Assembly: GCA_963924565.1 (NCBI GenBank)
Contig: OZ004615.1
Span: 21,452,001-21,516,000, forward strand
Direction of reading: 5' to 3'
Source of the DNA: Ascidiella aspersa
Lineage: Eukaryota
Length of the DNA: 64,000 nucleotides
A model generated the notes under the pieces. The model worked only from the letters and a program-made list of their open reading frames with translations, did no database searches and had not been told where the DNA came from. The position numbers were made by a program, and so were the translations under genes. Below are positions 23,187-37,492 of the stretch, piece by piece; position 1 is the stretch's first letter, and each line of letters begins with the position of its first letter.

Positions 23187-25382
23187 GTAAAAACACCGAC
23201 GTGTGTTTTCTAAAAGTGTATAACTGTAAATGTTGCACCCAGTTTAACATTTCACAGCAGACACTATAAGATTTATTCACACTTGTATTAACAGGTCGTT
23301 GCCTTTAGACTTTAAGCAGTGAAACTGGCAATGAGCACTATTTAAGTGCTAAAATACAGGTTAAATACATGCATTTACTTTTAAGCCATGTGGAGTGTAA
23401 TGATGATGCAATTTAATCACGCGTGTGCATTGACTGTACTCTTAAACATTTGAACAAAATAATTTAGTTTTTTCCCTCTGTTGGCTGATGTCTAGTTGTA
23501 GAATGGAAATTGTTTAATTCCCGCGAAATGGTTGGTAGACGGTCACATGCAAAAGCATACAGACGGGTTGTCTGAACCACTTTAATACAGGAAAGGGCAA
23601 CGTCATATAGGAAAAATCCCGGGTAAAGTAAACATCACGTCCTTGTTACGATAAAATTGTCATCAATTGAGTATGCAAATATAAGACAAAAAATAACAGG
23701 AGACCTTTTCTATTAGCGGGTGTGACCTGTACAACTAAAAAACTAACATTATTTTTACTTACGCCAAACATCACCCTCAAGAATAGTTGACCCACTAGCT
23801 TTATATGAAAACAAAGCCGAAAAAAAAATGACAAAGAATTGAATGTACTTAAAATCTAGGTCTTGCCTCTTGGCAAAGGGTAACCGTGTACTGGTATGAA
23901 GGCAGTCCCACAGCGTTTACCAAAAAACGTTTATTTTAACACTAGTGTTTTTTGTCTACTTTATTTGTTAACTCTTATTTGGACGTATTCTTTTCTAATT
24001 CATAGTCAAGTTTGCTTTTCCCTCTGCTTATGACTTACCCTCTTCGTTTCTGGCGTAGTCTTTCTTTGTCTATCCTGCACTACTACGGGTTACGATATAT
24101 TTAGGTTCTCTTATTTGGTTTACAAAAAACGGCTTTTCCATTTCCTATGATTCAGACTGCGGTTTAGACTGAGAAGCCTGTAATGTACTTCGTCTGTTGC
24201 ACAACAATCAAATACCGTGACGCAACAATCCCGTAAAAAAGCGCGCGTGTAGTCTGGCCTTTTGAAGTCGTTTGCTATATTGTGTAGTTTTAAACAAAAG
24301 CTCAGAGCATAGTTCGCCAACACTTGGACATGAACTGAAAACTTATAAGTTATAGCCTGTTGGAATTCAGTATTGACAGTTAATGAATAACTACATCGAG
24401 TTCAGTTATGGTGATTTAACGCAGCTGGAATTTATTACTCGTTAAAGTGAATTAGTTTCAGGGTTAGTTCCTTAATGTGAGCTATATGGAATTAAAGCTT
24501 CTAATTCAGTTATGCACATAACGCACTGCTTCATTTGCGATGTCTGTCAATATTTTAGGCACGATAGGCTTCTTTAGGAACGTTTTACTAGCACTTTAAT
24601 GCAAAACCAATGGCATAAATTTAGAGGCTCTAAGTAGGCAAAGTCGTATGGAAATAATTGTCTGTACTTGATGTATTTTTATAGGCGGAATCGCTGTGTG
24701 ACCTAAGGGGCACTAATTGTTGTCCGCCTAACTTTCTCACCTCATTGCTACTGGCTACGGTGTTTTAAGTTTAGAAAGTTTAGCTTTGTTATTTATGTTT
24801 AGCTTATCTCACGAAAGCTTTGTTTGCTGTTAAGCATTTAGAGTCGTTCTTGATTTGAACCTGAATATGTAGCCTAGTGGAACCAAACACATTATACTTT
24901 TTGTTTTGATCATTTTAATCTTCTTCAGCATTATACCAACGTTGTGAATTTAGGTAAGATGGAAGGTTTTAGGCTAGCTGGTTGACTTACCGGTAGTTTT
25001 TAAAACTGTTAAAGTGCTTTCAAACAGAGTCCCATACGCGTCAATCGATTTAAATTGGCTCTCATGGTGGGAACGATTACGCCACAAGCGCTGGTTTTAT
25101 GTACTTCACTGTCGTTAACCCTGTTACAAGCAAAATGTAGGTTCTGTACACTCGCGCAATTGACAGTTTTGAATGCTTAGCAAGTAAGGGAACACAGAAG
25201 AACGTAATAAGTAAAGCGATGCTTCCAGGCATAATATCAATCAAGTTTGTTGAGCTCTTCTGGCAAATGTAATTTAATATCAAATCGGGACTTTAGCAAT
25301 TATATTTGTGTCCGAAAGACAAGCACAGAAGAGCATAATCACTAAAAAGAGTCGAACTGGTAGCTGTTATAACAAGGGAATT

Positions 25383-25452
25383 ATGCGCAAGCGGTCTTAC
25401 AGATCGCCCAATAAACCCCCGACAGAAAAAATGGGCGACTTTCGAACGCAAG
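25383..25452 (+). CDS. Candidate alternative first exon (MRKRSYRSPNKPPTEKMGDFRTQ)
   Basis: ATG to AAG|GTAAGG donor, 70 nt, phase 1, compatible with 50867. Confidence 0.45.
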
Positions 25453-28400
25453 GTAAGGCGCGCTGTTTAAAAACCACGCTGATTGCCTGTTTATGTTCAG
25501 CAGAGCGTGAATTTTGGCTGGGCCGCTACTCGCACACGCACAACATAGATGATGAGTCTTTTGACAAGGTCGGGGTTTTGAATAGCTGCTGTAGTTTACA
25601 GAAACTTGAATTATGTTTCTAAAGGCGAGTCCGTTGATATATATTTTAGACGGTTATAATGGCAGTATTGCAGTTAAGAAACAGCTCAGTGGTTAAAGAG
25701 CCTCTCATTGTGTCTTGACCTACCTGGAGTATTGTAAATGCAGTGAGTTTTGTGAGAGCTCTTTGGTAGGTCGGTGCAGTCACTGCAATGCTGCAAACTT
25801 AGTATTATGGCAGCAGAAACTTCTTTTAAGTTTGTGAGGGTGCTTCGTGTTATGTTGTAAAGCTAATATTGTGGTAACGTCGTTTCCTCGCGTACCCGCA
25901 GCAAAACTCAGTAGGACATGTAATAAATAACAAAACAGTGGTGTGAGCGGGATTATCGCTCAAATATAGATGAAACACGAAGTCAGAATGCAGGCGTTGG
26001 AGTTAACAGGAAGTATATTTACCATTGTCAAACCCACCCACCGCCGAAATCTGTAATTAGCCAGGCGCTTTTTCCTGCTTCACTTAACTCACGTGCCAGA
26101 TTTACGGTAAATTGCCCGCGCGGTAATTTTTTCGAAAACCTATTTGCAGTTCCGTTATACGCTGTGTACCGCCAATGTGCCGACCAATTCGCAGGGCTTG
26201 CCACAAGTTAGAATCACACACTTTAATACTGAGACGGTTGACCTCTCCTATGGCCCGCAGCTATCTTGCAGTTGAACCTGTCTTGTGCTGTGACAGATTC
26301 TCTTGATTGATCAATTACGCGCGCCGACACAGCACCACTTGCATTAGGTTCGTTCAACTGAGGCTTACATCAGAGATTTAATGATTAAGTGAGAGTGTAT
26401 AGCAGTGTTGTAAACAAGTCATTTAAAAATTATAGAAGTCCCAGGCAAGTCATTTTTAAAATAACTTAAGTCCAGGTCAAGTCTCAGTCAAGTCATTATT
26501 AGAGAAAGGCAATTCCAAGTCAAGTCCTTTTTATGAAAAATTAAGCGTTAAACTATTAAGATTGGCATTATGAGCGATAACCTTTCAAACAAGCAGCTTG
26601 ATTAATAATTATTAAATAATACATTATCAAGCGGCTTAATTAATAAGAGTTATAGGGTCGATGGTATAATATGTTGCGGGGAAGAATATTAGCTTTTATT
26701 TTGACGAAGGCTACCTCGCTTTTTTTGTACCATGTTCGCGTTTCTGATACTTGATAATGTAAACTTATTTTCGGAAAGACGCTCATCCCAGATTCGTGGA
26801 ATTAAAACAAGACTTTATTCCGTTGAAAGCAGCTAAATATCAAATTCCAACGTTGTCCGACAGGTGCAGAATTACAAACCGGAAAAAATGCTCCTTTTGT
26901 AATTTTACCATCGCTTTGCCTAAGGCGTGTTTACAATATTTTCCTTGACCGGCATTTGAAGTTATAGACGTGCTTTCAAGTACAAGTGGTTTCACTGAAA
27001 TATGAAATTTAGATTTTGATCATAACTGCGAGACAGTCGAAGACGAAATTTGCACATTTATTGCAAAAGTCAGTTTGCAAATATGCGAATAAGATAGTTG
27101 GATTTGGGGTCCGAATCTTCATTTAGTTTGCGTTTAGAATCAAAGTATTGCATTTGTTACTGTCTATAGTGACAGTTTTAAATCCTTCACCAGAAAGGCA
27201 AAACAGGAGAACATAATATGTGAACTGATTCTTCCAGGCGTAGGCTATCAAATCAGGACTTTTAAAGTTGTAAAAAAAATCGCAAAGTTAGGCCGACATT
27301 TGTTTTATTTTAAGCATGTCAAGAAATTAGAATAAATGTAAAACTTATTTTCTTTAGGAAAAATCATTTCGACAGGACCCCACAGGTACAATCCACCGTG
27401 TTTTTTTGCCGAGACACAGGAGAAAAGTGGTGACACGTGTTACAACAAAACTACAATATATACATTATACACCTTTACAATGTATACACCTTCATTACGG
27501 CAGCGCCAGTCGAGTAAGGGATTGTCTTATGAAAAGGTTATTTCCGTCGATTTTGTTGTGGTTAGTCTTGATCTTTAGGTGTGTTTTGAGGCTTGTACCT
27601 TGGCATAGGAGTGTGTGTTTGTAATGTATCGTGTTGTTCAGTTAGAATCCTGTGTTGTTTACCGGTTTGTGGTCCTCCGCAGTCGTGGGAAAGTAATTTC
27701 TGTTAAAAGAAACCTTTAACAGCACCGATGTAATTTGTGCTTTCACCCCCTTTTCAAACACGATTAAGGACGAATCGAGAGTTTATTATGGACAAAACTT
27801 TAAAATGGCTTCGTTGCGTTGCCTTTGCAATTCGTTATGCTGCTTTAGTTTTAAAGTTTTATGTTTTTAACTGGAATAACTTAAGTATAACGTTCAACTT
27901 GAAAACCAATACTTTTGTATAACATTCAACTTTCGTATAACGTTCAGCTTCAAATACAATACTGCATAAAGAGGTATGAAATGCAATTGCAACTTACGCA
28001 AAAATGCTTGACCCTATTTCGTGTTATTAAGAATTCGCGTTACTATATAAAAACTTACTAACTTACTATAGACTCGCATCAGCCTTGCCGAACCTCCGGT
28101 ATCGCCATTTGTAGGGAGACATTTATCCCAAAACCCGATACTTTGAACTAAAAATATCGCGGTGCGCTTTGATACCAAATTTCGTCATTAATGTGCCCAG
28201 ACAAGCAAAATAAATGAACAAAAACGTCCATAGGGAGCATTTTACTAAGTAATTAAACCAAATTTTGCTTTGGCGTTAATGCATATAGATACCTCCAGTT
28301 GTTAACCTACTATATGTTCTTCATAAATTTACATCAAAGTAGAATTCGCCGCGTTGGATCGCAAGCCATGACTAAAAAGCTTGTATTATTACCCAAAAAA

Positions 28401-28589
28401 ATATTTTTCTTCAATTGGGTGGGTAGCATGTTTTTTTACCCAACAAAAAAAGGAAATTTCTTATGAAATACACGCTACCCAATTCTACTTGGGTAGGTTT
28501 GAAGGGTACCCAATTTTTTTGGCCCTGTTTCGGGGTAAAACGTTGCACTACCCAAAACTTTCTGAATGAAGTACCCAATATTATTAACA

Positions 28590-28706
28590 GTGTGGGATCG
28601 GATTGTTTCCGATACGAGACGAGTAGCGAATAAGTAGTATTACTTGGCATCGCGGACCACTTGGCGTCGGGTATCGGCTTCGATCCGATATTATCGGACA
28701 TCCCTA
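28590..28706 (-). mobile_element. hAT-Ac-like MITE end
   Basis: Terminal CATCCCTA (reverse complement TAGGGATG) with clustered CCGATA/TATCGG subterminal motifs. Confidence 0.55.
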
Positions 28707-29818
28707 TAGTTTTTTTCTATAAATTAAACGTGTTTGCCTTTTTATAGTGGGATCTTTTAAATAACAAAGTGAATAAAGTCATATAAGACGCGCCAAAAAA
28801 TGTAATATAACGATAAAGCGTTAATATTACCAAATTTAAACGATTCGATCAAAATCGTAATGTTAGAACGCACATTAGTTTCGCGATGCAATGGTCATAC
28901 GCAGAAGTTGCACAAAATCCCCCCCCCCCCCATTCAGTTGCCGAAAATCGATAATTGTCTACTCTGCCTTTGAATAGTTTTTATCATCCCTATAGCTTGT
29001 TTATGTGAGTATTGGATATATTATAGGTTAACGCCGAAATCGCCCGGTTAACGCAGTTATCGGTAAAACGTAAGTTCAAGAATTGCAAATGCGTCAGTCA
29101 ATTAAACAGTTTCAATAAAAAATTAACCTGCTTAGCATAATCGAGTGCGTTGTTTCGTTCAAAGTGGAATCTTGCCCCAGTACCAATCAGGACATCGTAA
29201 ATGCGCATTTGAGAGTCAATAGCATGCCAACGAAATGGGCGAACTGCCGCTGGGTTTTGCTGTAAGCGGGGAATTACGGACCTGCGGGAGTTCCTTTTGT
29301 CCCCGGCTCACCTCTGCACTTTTGGATTTGTGGCTATGGCAGTAAATCATTCGTTGAAAGTGTAGTCACATACAGGAAGATGTAAACAATAATAACGAAA
29401 ACTGTTTAATTTCCGTTTAGATTCATATGATGTTTTATCTCGCTGCAAAAGAACAGGGAAAAACAGTTTGCGCGTATTTCCATTTTAAGTATATTTCCTT
29501 TATAAAATGTAATTAGAGATAAGTGATATTCGCTGTGGATCTTGTAAAGTTAGTAAGGTGGTTTGAAAAGGTTGAGAACATTAACTTTTGCAACGTGGAT
29601 ATTTAAATCACAATTAATAGGCCGTTTCTGGATTGAAGCTATGCGTAACGACTTAATATACGCGTTGTACCTTTTAGCTGGTCAAAATTTCTGTCATTTA
29701 GCCTTAAAACTTATAAAAAAAATACGATATATTACTACTTTTGTTAATTGGGCAACAACCATTATTCGATTTAATTAATTTAGCAACAACAAATATCCGA
29801 TTTAAGGTAAATTATAAA

Positions 29819-30171
29819 ACACAAGGTATCAAAAAATTACATACAAAAATTGTTCTGTTGACTGTTTTATAACTGGAATCAGAATGTTATTTCTGGTTTC
29901 GGTTTTATATTATCGGCTTTGGCAGGAATGTTGTAAAAAGTGCGGTGTGCGACTTTCGGCGTAATTCGTCCAAGCGTCAATGATTTAAGATAAATGAGAA
30001 ACACGAGGTATTAAAAAAATACATACTAAAATTGTTCTGATGAACTCAAAACTGTTTTATAACTGGAATCAAAATGTTATTTCTGGTTGTGGTCTTATCT
30101 TATCGGCTTTAGCAGGAATGTTTTGAAAAGTGCGGTGTGCGACTTTCGGCGTAATTTTCCCAAGCGTCAAT
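29819..30171. repeat. Tandem duplication, about 185 bp x2
   Basis: ACTGTTTTATAACTGGAATCA...AAAGTGCGGTGTGCGACTTTCGGCGTAATT...CCAAGCGTCAAT occurs twice. Confidence 0.9.
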
Positions 30172-32473
30172 AATGCAGCACAGCTTAACATGCTTTGCAG
30201 TCTTGTAACGACTATGGTTAACCACTTATAAAACTGCCACTGTTTTTAAATGACCTTGGATTGTACTCCTTTCGTATGTTGACTGACTTTTTTTTTGGGA
30301 TGTCCATGTCAGGAAAAATTTTTTTCCACAAATTGTTTCCATAATACCTTAGCAAAAAGTTCGCTATTCGTAGTGAGTTAGCTATTTTTTCATTCCGAGA
30401 GAATTGTTACTTATTACTATAAAGGTCTTAGAAACTTCACAGCAATTTAACTAATACCGAACTAGTATTTTTTTTTTTTTAACTCTATCTCCGTTATTTG
30501 TATTTTGCGAACATTTGGTTAGGAGTTTTTACAAAAATTACCTACTTGCAAATTTTATGGCAAGACTTGGTGTTTAAAACGGAGTGTAAAGTTAACTCTT
30601 TGTTCATCTGTAAGACGTTTGCACGGCAAACTATTGAAATCTCGGGGAGAACAACGTTGAGCTGCGTACATAAATTGTCAGCACGATCCTGTATTGCGTT
30701 ACTTGTTGAAACGATCTTGTTTTGCTTTACTTGTTAGAACAATGTTGTGTAGCTTTATAGTGCAAAATCAATATTGCGATATAAGAGGTGTTACGCAATG
30801 TTAATAACACAGCGAATTGCCGGCAAAAGTCCCTGATTTTTACCCACCCTTAATTCTCAGCTGTCTAAATTTTTGCCATTTCGTTGCTTCACATGACGCG
30901 ACAAACAAGACCGCCTTTCGAACTCGGTTAACCTGCAAAGTCGGCCCATCTCAGTTTTGACGCGTGCAAACTTTTTGGCATTTCGTGAAGTTCGTTGCCG
31001 CGACACCAAAATCGCAAGCCAATCTCTCGCGAACCGCGCTCGTCATTATTCGATGACGTCACATTTCCCCTGCCCGAAAAAGTCGTGATAAGTCGAAAGT
31101 TGAGAGGTGCGTCTTTTGACGTTGTGCCAAAACCCGAAGCAAACACGTTCGAAAACAACAGCTGACAAACGAATGTCTTTTTTACTGCTGTTATTTCCTG
31201 TAAGATCTCGTTGTGCGTTGACTGCCAATCAAGAGACTTTGAGTAATTAATGTATGTATTATCACTCGCACTTTACTTTAATGCCGAAAGTCATTGGTTG
31301 TCTTTATTGTGTCGCAAAAGCAAAATGATCTGACCAAACGGAATCATATTTGCTTTAATGTTTTATTTAAAGTCTAAAATTCCGCGCGGATGCATATCCT
31401 TATGTGTGTGTTGTACGTGCTATGAGTCAGCTATAGGCAACGACAAAGCCCATTGCGCAAACAGCTTTCGGTCTATTGCGAGACAACCCTAAAATATGTT
31501 TGGGTTTAGCTGCGTTTTTATTATACTCGATATCCAACTAGGGAAATTGCAGCGTGTCGGAAAAACTTAATGCAGGTAAGGCTAGAGAAAAAAAACTCAA
31601 GTTGGAGTTGCCAGCAACTTAAGTTTTGTGCGACTAGTACGATTCTGGGTGTGTGCTTGTGCTTCAGCGTTTCGCGAAATTAATCCATTTATGTCTTGCC
31701 TATCGATTCCTAAGCTGGCGTATGGCAAGAATATATCGCGTACAGCTGAGCATTATGTTGTAACAACGATCAACCAGTCTTTAGTGAAGCGTAGTTTGAA
31801 AATGCATCTAAAGGTAGAGCTGTATGTTGTGTGGTCAGCCGAACACAGGATGCCGGGTTTGACGGATGGTTGCTGGATAATTTGTCGCGCATTAAAAATT
31901 ACATACTAAGAATTGCTGTGCTTTCCTCACGGTATTAATGTCCAATATATTATATATAAACAACCAACAGTGGGTCGGTTGTAAAGCGGATTCGTTAAGG
32001 CCCATGTTATCAATATTATTGGTATGTTGGCTTGTTTGCTTTTTTCTTTTGATGTGTGCGCGTTTCTGTAATTTAAAACAATGTCTAGACAGGGGTTGCG
32101 GTGTTAATATTAACTGTTAGTGGTATTCTAGCTTTGCTTTATTTGCGGTTATTCGGTTCATTGTCCTAGATTTGGTTGGTTACATTCGGCAGTATGCAGT
32201 GCAAGAAATATTGAGAATAAAAGTTTGCAAAACAAAGGCTTGCATAAAAACCCTTTGTGTTGTGTTAATAGGGATAAAACGTTAGCAGAGAAAACTGAAA
32301 AATAATCTGTGCTTGCCTGGTGTCTTGTTTCTATAGAAATCTGATATTTCACCCTGTTTCTCGACAGTTCTGCACGTTTAGGCAAATTTTGTACCGCAAA
32401 AAGGCGCAGAATAAACTATAGTCCACCTAATTAAGCCTGGCATTATAAACAATACGCACCGGTTTATGGAGGA

Positions 32474-33071
32474 ATGAAGAGCCACGCAGCCAGAAAAGAA
32501 CGCCCACTGTCTTTTCCGTCATCGTTCGATTCCCTGCCAAACGACGACCCATCATCGCCCATTGAAACCACCTGCTGTCGCTGTCGGCGCGCAAAAAGCG
32601 TCCAGACCATTTACTCGCCCGCGAATAACCGCCAGACGGCGCCGCGGAGCTCCTCTCGTCTACCGAAGCTCACCTGGTCGGTTTTCAAAGGCCGTGGCCA
32701 GTCAGAGAACGCGAACCAGCAGGCCGTGCGTGTAGGCTCATCGCAGAACCTGCACAAAAAGGACTCAAAACCCACCTCGTGGACCTTTATACCGTGGACC
32801 GGGACCGCCGGACCTCAAGAATCACTGAAAACGCCCAACTTGCTGACCAAGCCTAGGAGTAACTGGGAACCAAGCCGCTCGACCGAGTTTCGCCTTTTGC
32901 CGGCCAAGCAGGTCTTTATGATGTCGCGTGTCGCGTCGCCAGCTCCTTCTGCTGCGTCTTCGAAATCCGCTTCTTGCTCAATGCACACCTCTTCGACCGG
33001 AAGAACTGCAAGCCTGAGGAAACAAGTTCTCAGTAAGGACTCCACGCAACCCGGGAGCTTAAAAGCGAACC
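32474..33071 (+). CDS. Probable alternative first coding exon of the tensin-like gene (199 aa, Ser/Pro/Arg-rich)
   Basis: Longest ORF in the window and GC-rich. Composition drops to intron-like at the GTAAGT donor at 33072. 598 nt is phase 1, in frame with the acceptor at 50867. Confidence 0.7.
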
Positions 33072-34209
33072 GTAAGTTGGCCTACAGCAGATTAGGGTTT
33101 AGGTGTGTATTTTTATTAATAAGAATTGCGGCAAATGGATGGGCTTGTTCGGTTATGGCGCCTGCCCTCGTAACAATTCGATATAAATAAAGTGGAGCTT
33201 CAAAACGCTGCCTTCAGATAGTCAGTCACATAACGCAAATAGAAGGTGATTGTTTTTAAACCTATGACTGATCAACATTTTGGCTAAAATGGCAGTCAAA
33301 ACACACATGACTTTTTAATTTATAAATATCTGTTTTGCCAACTTAGTTTGTTGTTTTGGGCTAACAGTGTTTCCAAAACAATTAGAGAAATTATGTTTAA
33401 GGGTTTTAAAAGACCCCATCAGTATGGTACTACTTACCTCGACGCGCTGTAAATAGGTAACAGTGTGTAGCGATGTACCGTTGTATTTAGTGCGCCGACA
33501 GTTGTGTGTATTACACGTGGGGCGGAATATGTAAACTATGCAAACGTCGCTTTCGCTTGGTACTTCACCATTACCGAAAACTTTAGGTGTTTAAACCTAA
33601 GACTGTTCCGTTGGCAAGTATAGACTGGCCCAAATACGTCATAGCGTTGTTCTCATTTAATTGTTTACAATTTCGATGTTGATGTTAGAAAAAGCCCTTT
33701 AAGCAACTCTTAAGCAATCAATATTTTTGTTTAACGTAAGCGTTGCTTTAGTTTAAAATGACGGACAATTAAATGCTTTTTAAGAAGTCTTTATGTCTAA
33801 TTTGAAAGTACTTTAATGGATTAAACCATCAAAATATCTTGGATGTGATTCGTAACTTATGTATATCTTACAATAGTTTTATTCCAAACTCGTCGCTCTT
33901 AAAGACACGAGTCATTTCTCTGCGAAAAGCGTTGATGTACATTCTTCGCAACGCGCAAATTTCCCAAAGAACCGCCGCAAAAACTCGCAAAAATTCACGT
34001 TGCCCTGTTTGGCCTGGTCGATGTATTACAATGTGGAAGTGTGCGCGGCACTCGAGTCCAGCCCGCCGCCACTCACGCCACTTTGCTGCTTAGTTGTTTG
34101 TCTTACGCCGAGCACCATTAGGTTTCGGTCGAGGACTCCCGCAGTCTCGCAGCGGCGCTAAGCATTTGGATGTGGTATCGCTAAGTACATAATCCCGGGC
34201 CAAAATGTT

Positions 34210-34620
34210 GCTTTGTTTGTGTGAATACCGCACTGGACGCTTTGTCGGATCTGCCCATTTGACAAAGTCAAACTGACCTTATAAAAGTCGCTATCATGCC
34301 ATACACAAATTCGTACATGGTAGCGAATGTAACTGATTACATGTAAATTTTGTTTTGTTTGTTATTGCCGCACTGGACGCTTTGTTGGATCTGCCAATTT
34401 AAAAACGTCGAACTGACCCTAGTAAAGTCGTCCCCAGTCGCTACACAGATTTAAAACCGTTACATATGTAAATTTATTTTGTTTGATTACCGCATTTGGC
34501 CTTTGTTAAATATGCCATTTTGACAAAGCCAAACCGATCCTGGAAAATTCGCCAACAGTCGATAGTCTATACACAGATTAAAGCGTTAATTTCATTGTAC
34601 ATGGTAGCTAATGTAACTAG
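34210..34620. repeat. Diverged tandem repeat, about 130 bp x3
   Basis: CCGCACTGGACGCTTTGT.GGATCTGCC at 34228 and 34368, degenerate at 34490. Confidence 0.8.
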
Positions 34621-36929
34621 TCTCGTGTAAAAGCTGTTTCGTTTGTGTTTTTTGGTTTGTACCGACATTGCTTCGACGGTTTTTGGTTTTAATGTCACAT
34701 TTTTGCACCATTAGCCATGGTTTCAAAACTTAACCGGAACCGATCAAACATCGGTTCAATTTCACCTAAATGTTTAACACACCAATTGCAGAAAGAACCA
34801 AGGGTCATTTATTTACAAAACATTTGTTTGCCGCCAAATTTCGTAGGCTTTAGAATGCATAACCACATACCTCAATGTGGCTGTATGAAACCACCGCTTA
34901 TATAGCTCGGTGAGCAATTTACTGCTGCAATACTTGGCCTAAAAAGAAATGATCTTATGGTTTATGCCTGTTTCACAAACAGTCTTAACATCATCTGATA
35001 CAAAAGCAAGAATTTTTCTTTGACATTTGTTATCTGCAGGAGATTTCTTCTGCATACGAAAGTGCTTGTATTAAAATAGCTTGGAAAACTGTGCATTGTG
35101 CTCTATTGATTCACCTTTTTGTTCATATCTTTATAAATACTTAGTGGCAAGTTCAAGTGTTCTAATTGCGCCTCCTGTACATACACGATATTTCTATGTC
35201 TTCGAGGGATCACCGTTATTTAATTCGGGGGGAAATACTTAAAATGCTATTCCATGGGCGAAAGAATACATAAACGGCTTCCGGCGGGTGTCGCCAAAGA
35301 TCGCTTGGCACAAGAGCCAATCTATAAATACTCCATTACGCACGTTGTTTGTAGGTCGCTTTGGCGATTTTTTTCGTGCAGGTCGCAGCTGAATGTTTTG
35401 TCCGTACGCACTGACCTCAGCCATTGTAACAAAAGCTAATTTTGTTGTTGCTGTTGACCTGGAACCTGTTTTGGCCCCACGCGTATGTAAAGTATCTAGT
35501 TTATTAAGTACTGTTGACAAAAATGCGAACCTATGCCTTTTGCAAATTTTAAGGGTTACATGCTTTATTTTGCGATAACGTTAGCAAAAGTTCTGCTTTC
35601 TTGGTTTGTTCATAAAAATATAAACGTTTCGTTGGATTGATTTGTGTAGCTATGTCGTTTAAACAATATTGTTTTTTATGTAACAAACAAAAGTGATTTC
35701 AATAAAAATATCAAAGCTATACTTGATTTTTACACTGATAATGGCATGAGTTATTGCTAAAACGTCTGTAAATTGCGAAATGTCGATTTTATCGAATATT
35801 TTGGCTTTGATATTTTTATTGAATTTACTAAAAAAACGTGTATTTTGTTCCAAAACAAAAGTGTTTTTACTTTTCATAAACGCTTTAGCGCCAATTAACG
35901 CAATAATATACCGTAGTAAAGAAAATTTCAGGTACACTTCGTAAGTTGTTTTATTCATGCTTAATGTTGTACTAAAGCACCAATGCTTTATTCTTGTTTT
36001 TAAGTCACGCAAAGCACATTTACGAGTTGCCAATCACCGCGTTAATCGGTTAAATTTCTCGCTGGTAATATTTGTTTATTTTGTTTTAGCTGTACCGCGT
36101 ATAGTGCCTAAAAACGAAAGGCGTGTTTTCGGTCAATCTTGTTTTGATGCAGTCACGTGGCACAGCCAGCCCACCAGAGAAACCCAATGTTGACTTTGCA
36201 TTGTAAGACTTGGCAAACAAACTTTCACTATCAGCAGAACGGCGAACTCTCGACGGGTCAACGCAAATGTACTTTCAAACTTAGTTTGGTATAATTCCTG
36301 GTAATCCATTGTTTACCGAATTCCACAAATACTACAGAGCGTAGCACACTTGTTATTTATTTGTTAAGTCTCGAAGAAAGGGTTTATGACAAGTTTGACA
36401 GCCGGTACCGAAGCGGGGTCTACGGGGCCGATGTGGGTTCGTAATCAGTTTTCGAAAGTCCGCTAATCTAAAGCCCTCAGTCCCAACCCAATGACAAAAA
36501 TAGATAAACTAAAAAATACGAAAATAAATAAAATATCAATAAAACAAAAATGTGTAGTGACGTTTTCCCATGTAAAGTTGTGTTTATAACCAGTGACCGC
36601 AAATTAAAAAAAACGCAAGTGGTCCTCTACTTTTTTTTTTAGACTTTGAGCATTGCTATAGGCGGAAAATCAACCCGTACCGGTCGGCCTATCTTTAAAG
36701 ATAAACGTGGCGTTGCCTTATCCTCATACGTCGTTTCCAGTTGCTTTTTTGCTGGTAAATGTAAGGCACGCGGCAATCTTTGCACGAGAGGAAATTGCCA
36801 CTTCTGCTTGGCCCTGCACTGCCTGTTTACATGTACACTTTTCAGGGCCCAAGTTGAACGCTTAAAAAGTGAGAACGCGGTGCATTAGACGACAAGTTAC
36901 ACACCACCAACATGGTTTAAGCACCGTCT

Positions 36930-37492
36930 CTGCAGTAACCTGAGCTAAATGAACGAGCCGAGATCTTTATAGAGCAATATCTCCGAAAGTTGTGACGTTA
37001 CAGAGTTGTTTTACCCGGTCCTTGTATTGGTTAAAGCTTTTCAGCAAACACACTTTTAGCAAAAAACTATTACAACAAGCTATGTGCATAAATATTTACC
37101 CTTAATTGTCGAACTAACAAGTTCGAACTTTAACATTTTAAACTAGGAGGCACCATCTTCAAAATTAGCGATAGATGATGTTGAATTACATTCGAAAGGG
37201 GTGTTTAATTTTTCTTCGAAATTTCATAACCGCTGAAGTTCAAAAAATGCTCTTCGTTAAAGTTTAAAACTTGTTTGCTCGATAGTTAAGGGTGAATATT
37301 GATGAATATTAATATTCATATTTTCCCATACTTTTTAATATTTTTTAAAATATCCTTTGCTAAAAGGGTGTTTTCTGGAAAGCTTAAGACAATACAAAGG
37401 CTGTGCAAAAATCTCAACTCTGTAACGTCACAACTTTCGGAGAAATTGCTCTATAAAAGTATCGGCGCGCTTAGTTCGCTGAGGTATTGCAG
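36930..37492. mobile_element. About 560 bp foldback element with long imperfect inverted arms
   Basis: TTTATAGAGCAATATCTCCGAAAGTTGTGACGTTACAGAGTTG is mirrored at about 37415-37457, with further inverted blocks toward the centre. Confidence 0.85.

Noticed and set aside
25683-25730. tRNA A-box-like AGCTCAGTGGTTAAAG (tRNA or SINE)
   Set aside because: No B box or cloverleaf.
33072-33190. C-terminal 39 aa of the 238-aa ORF as part of a single-exon gene
   Set aside because: A GTAAGT donor at 33072 and a switch to AT-rich composition indicate read-through into an intron.
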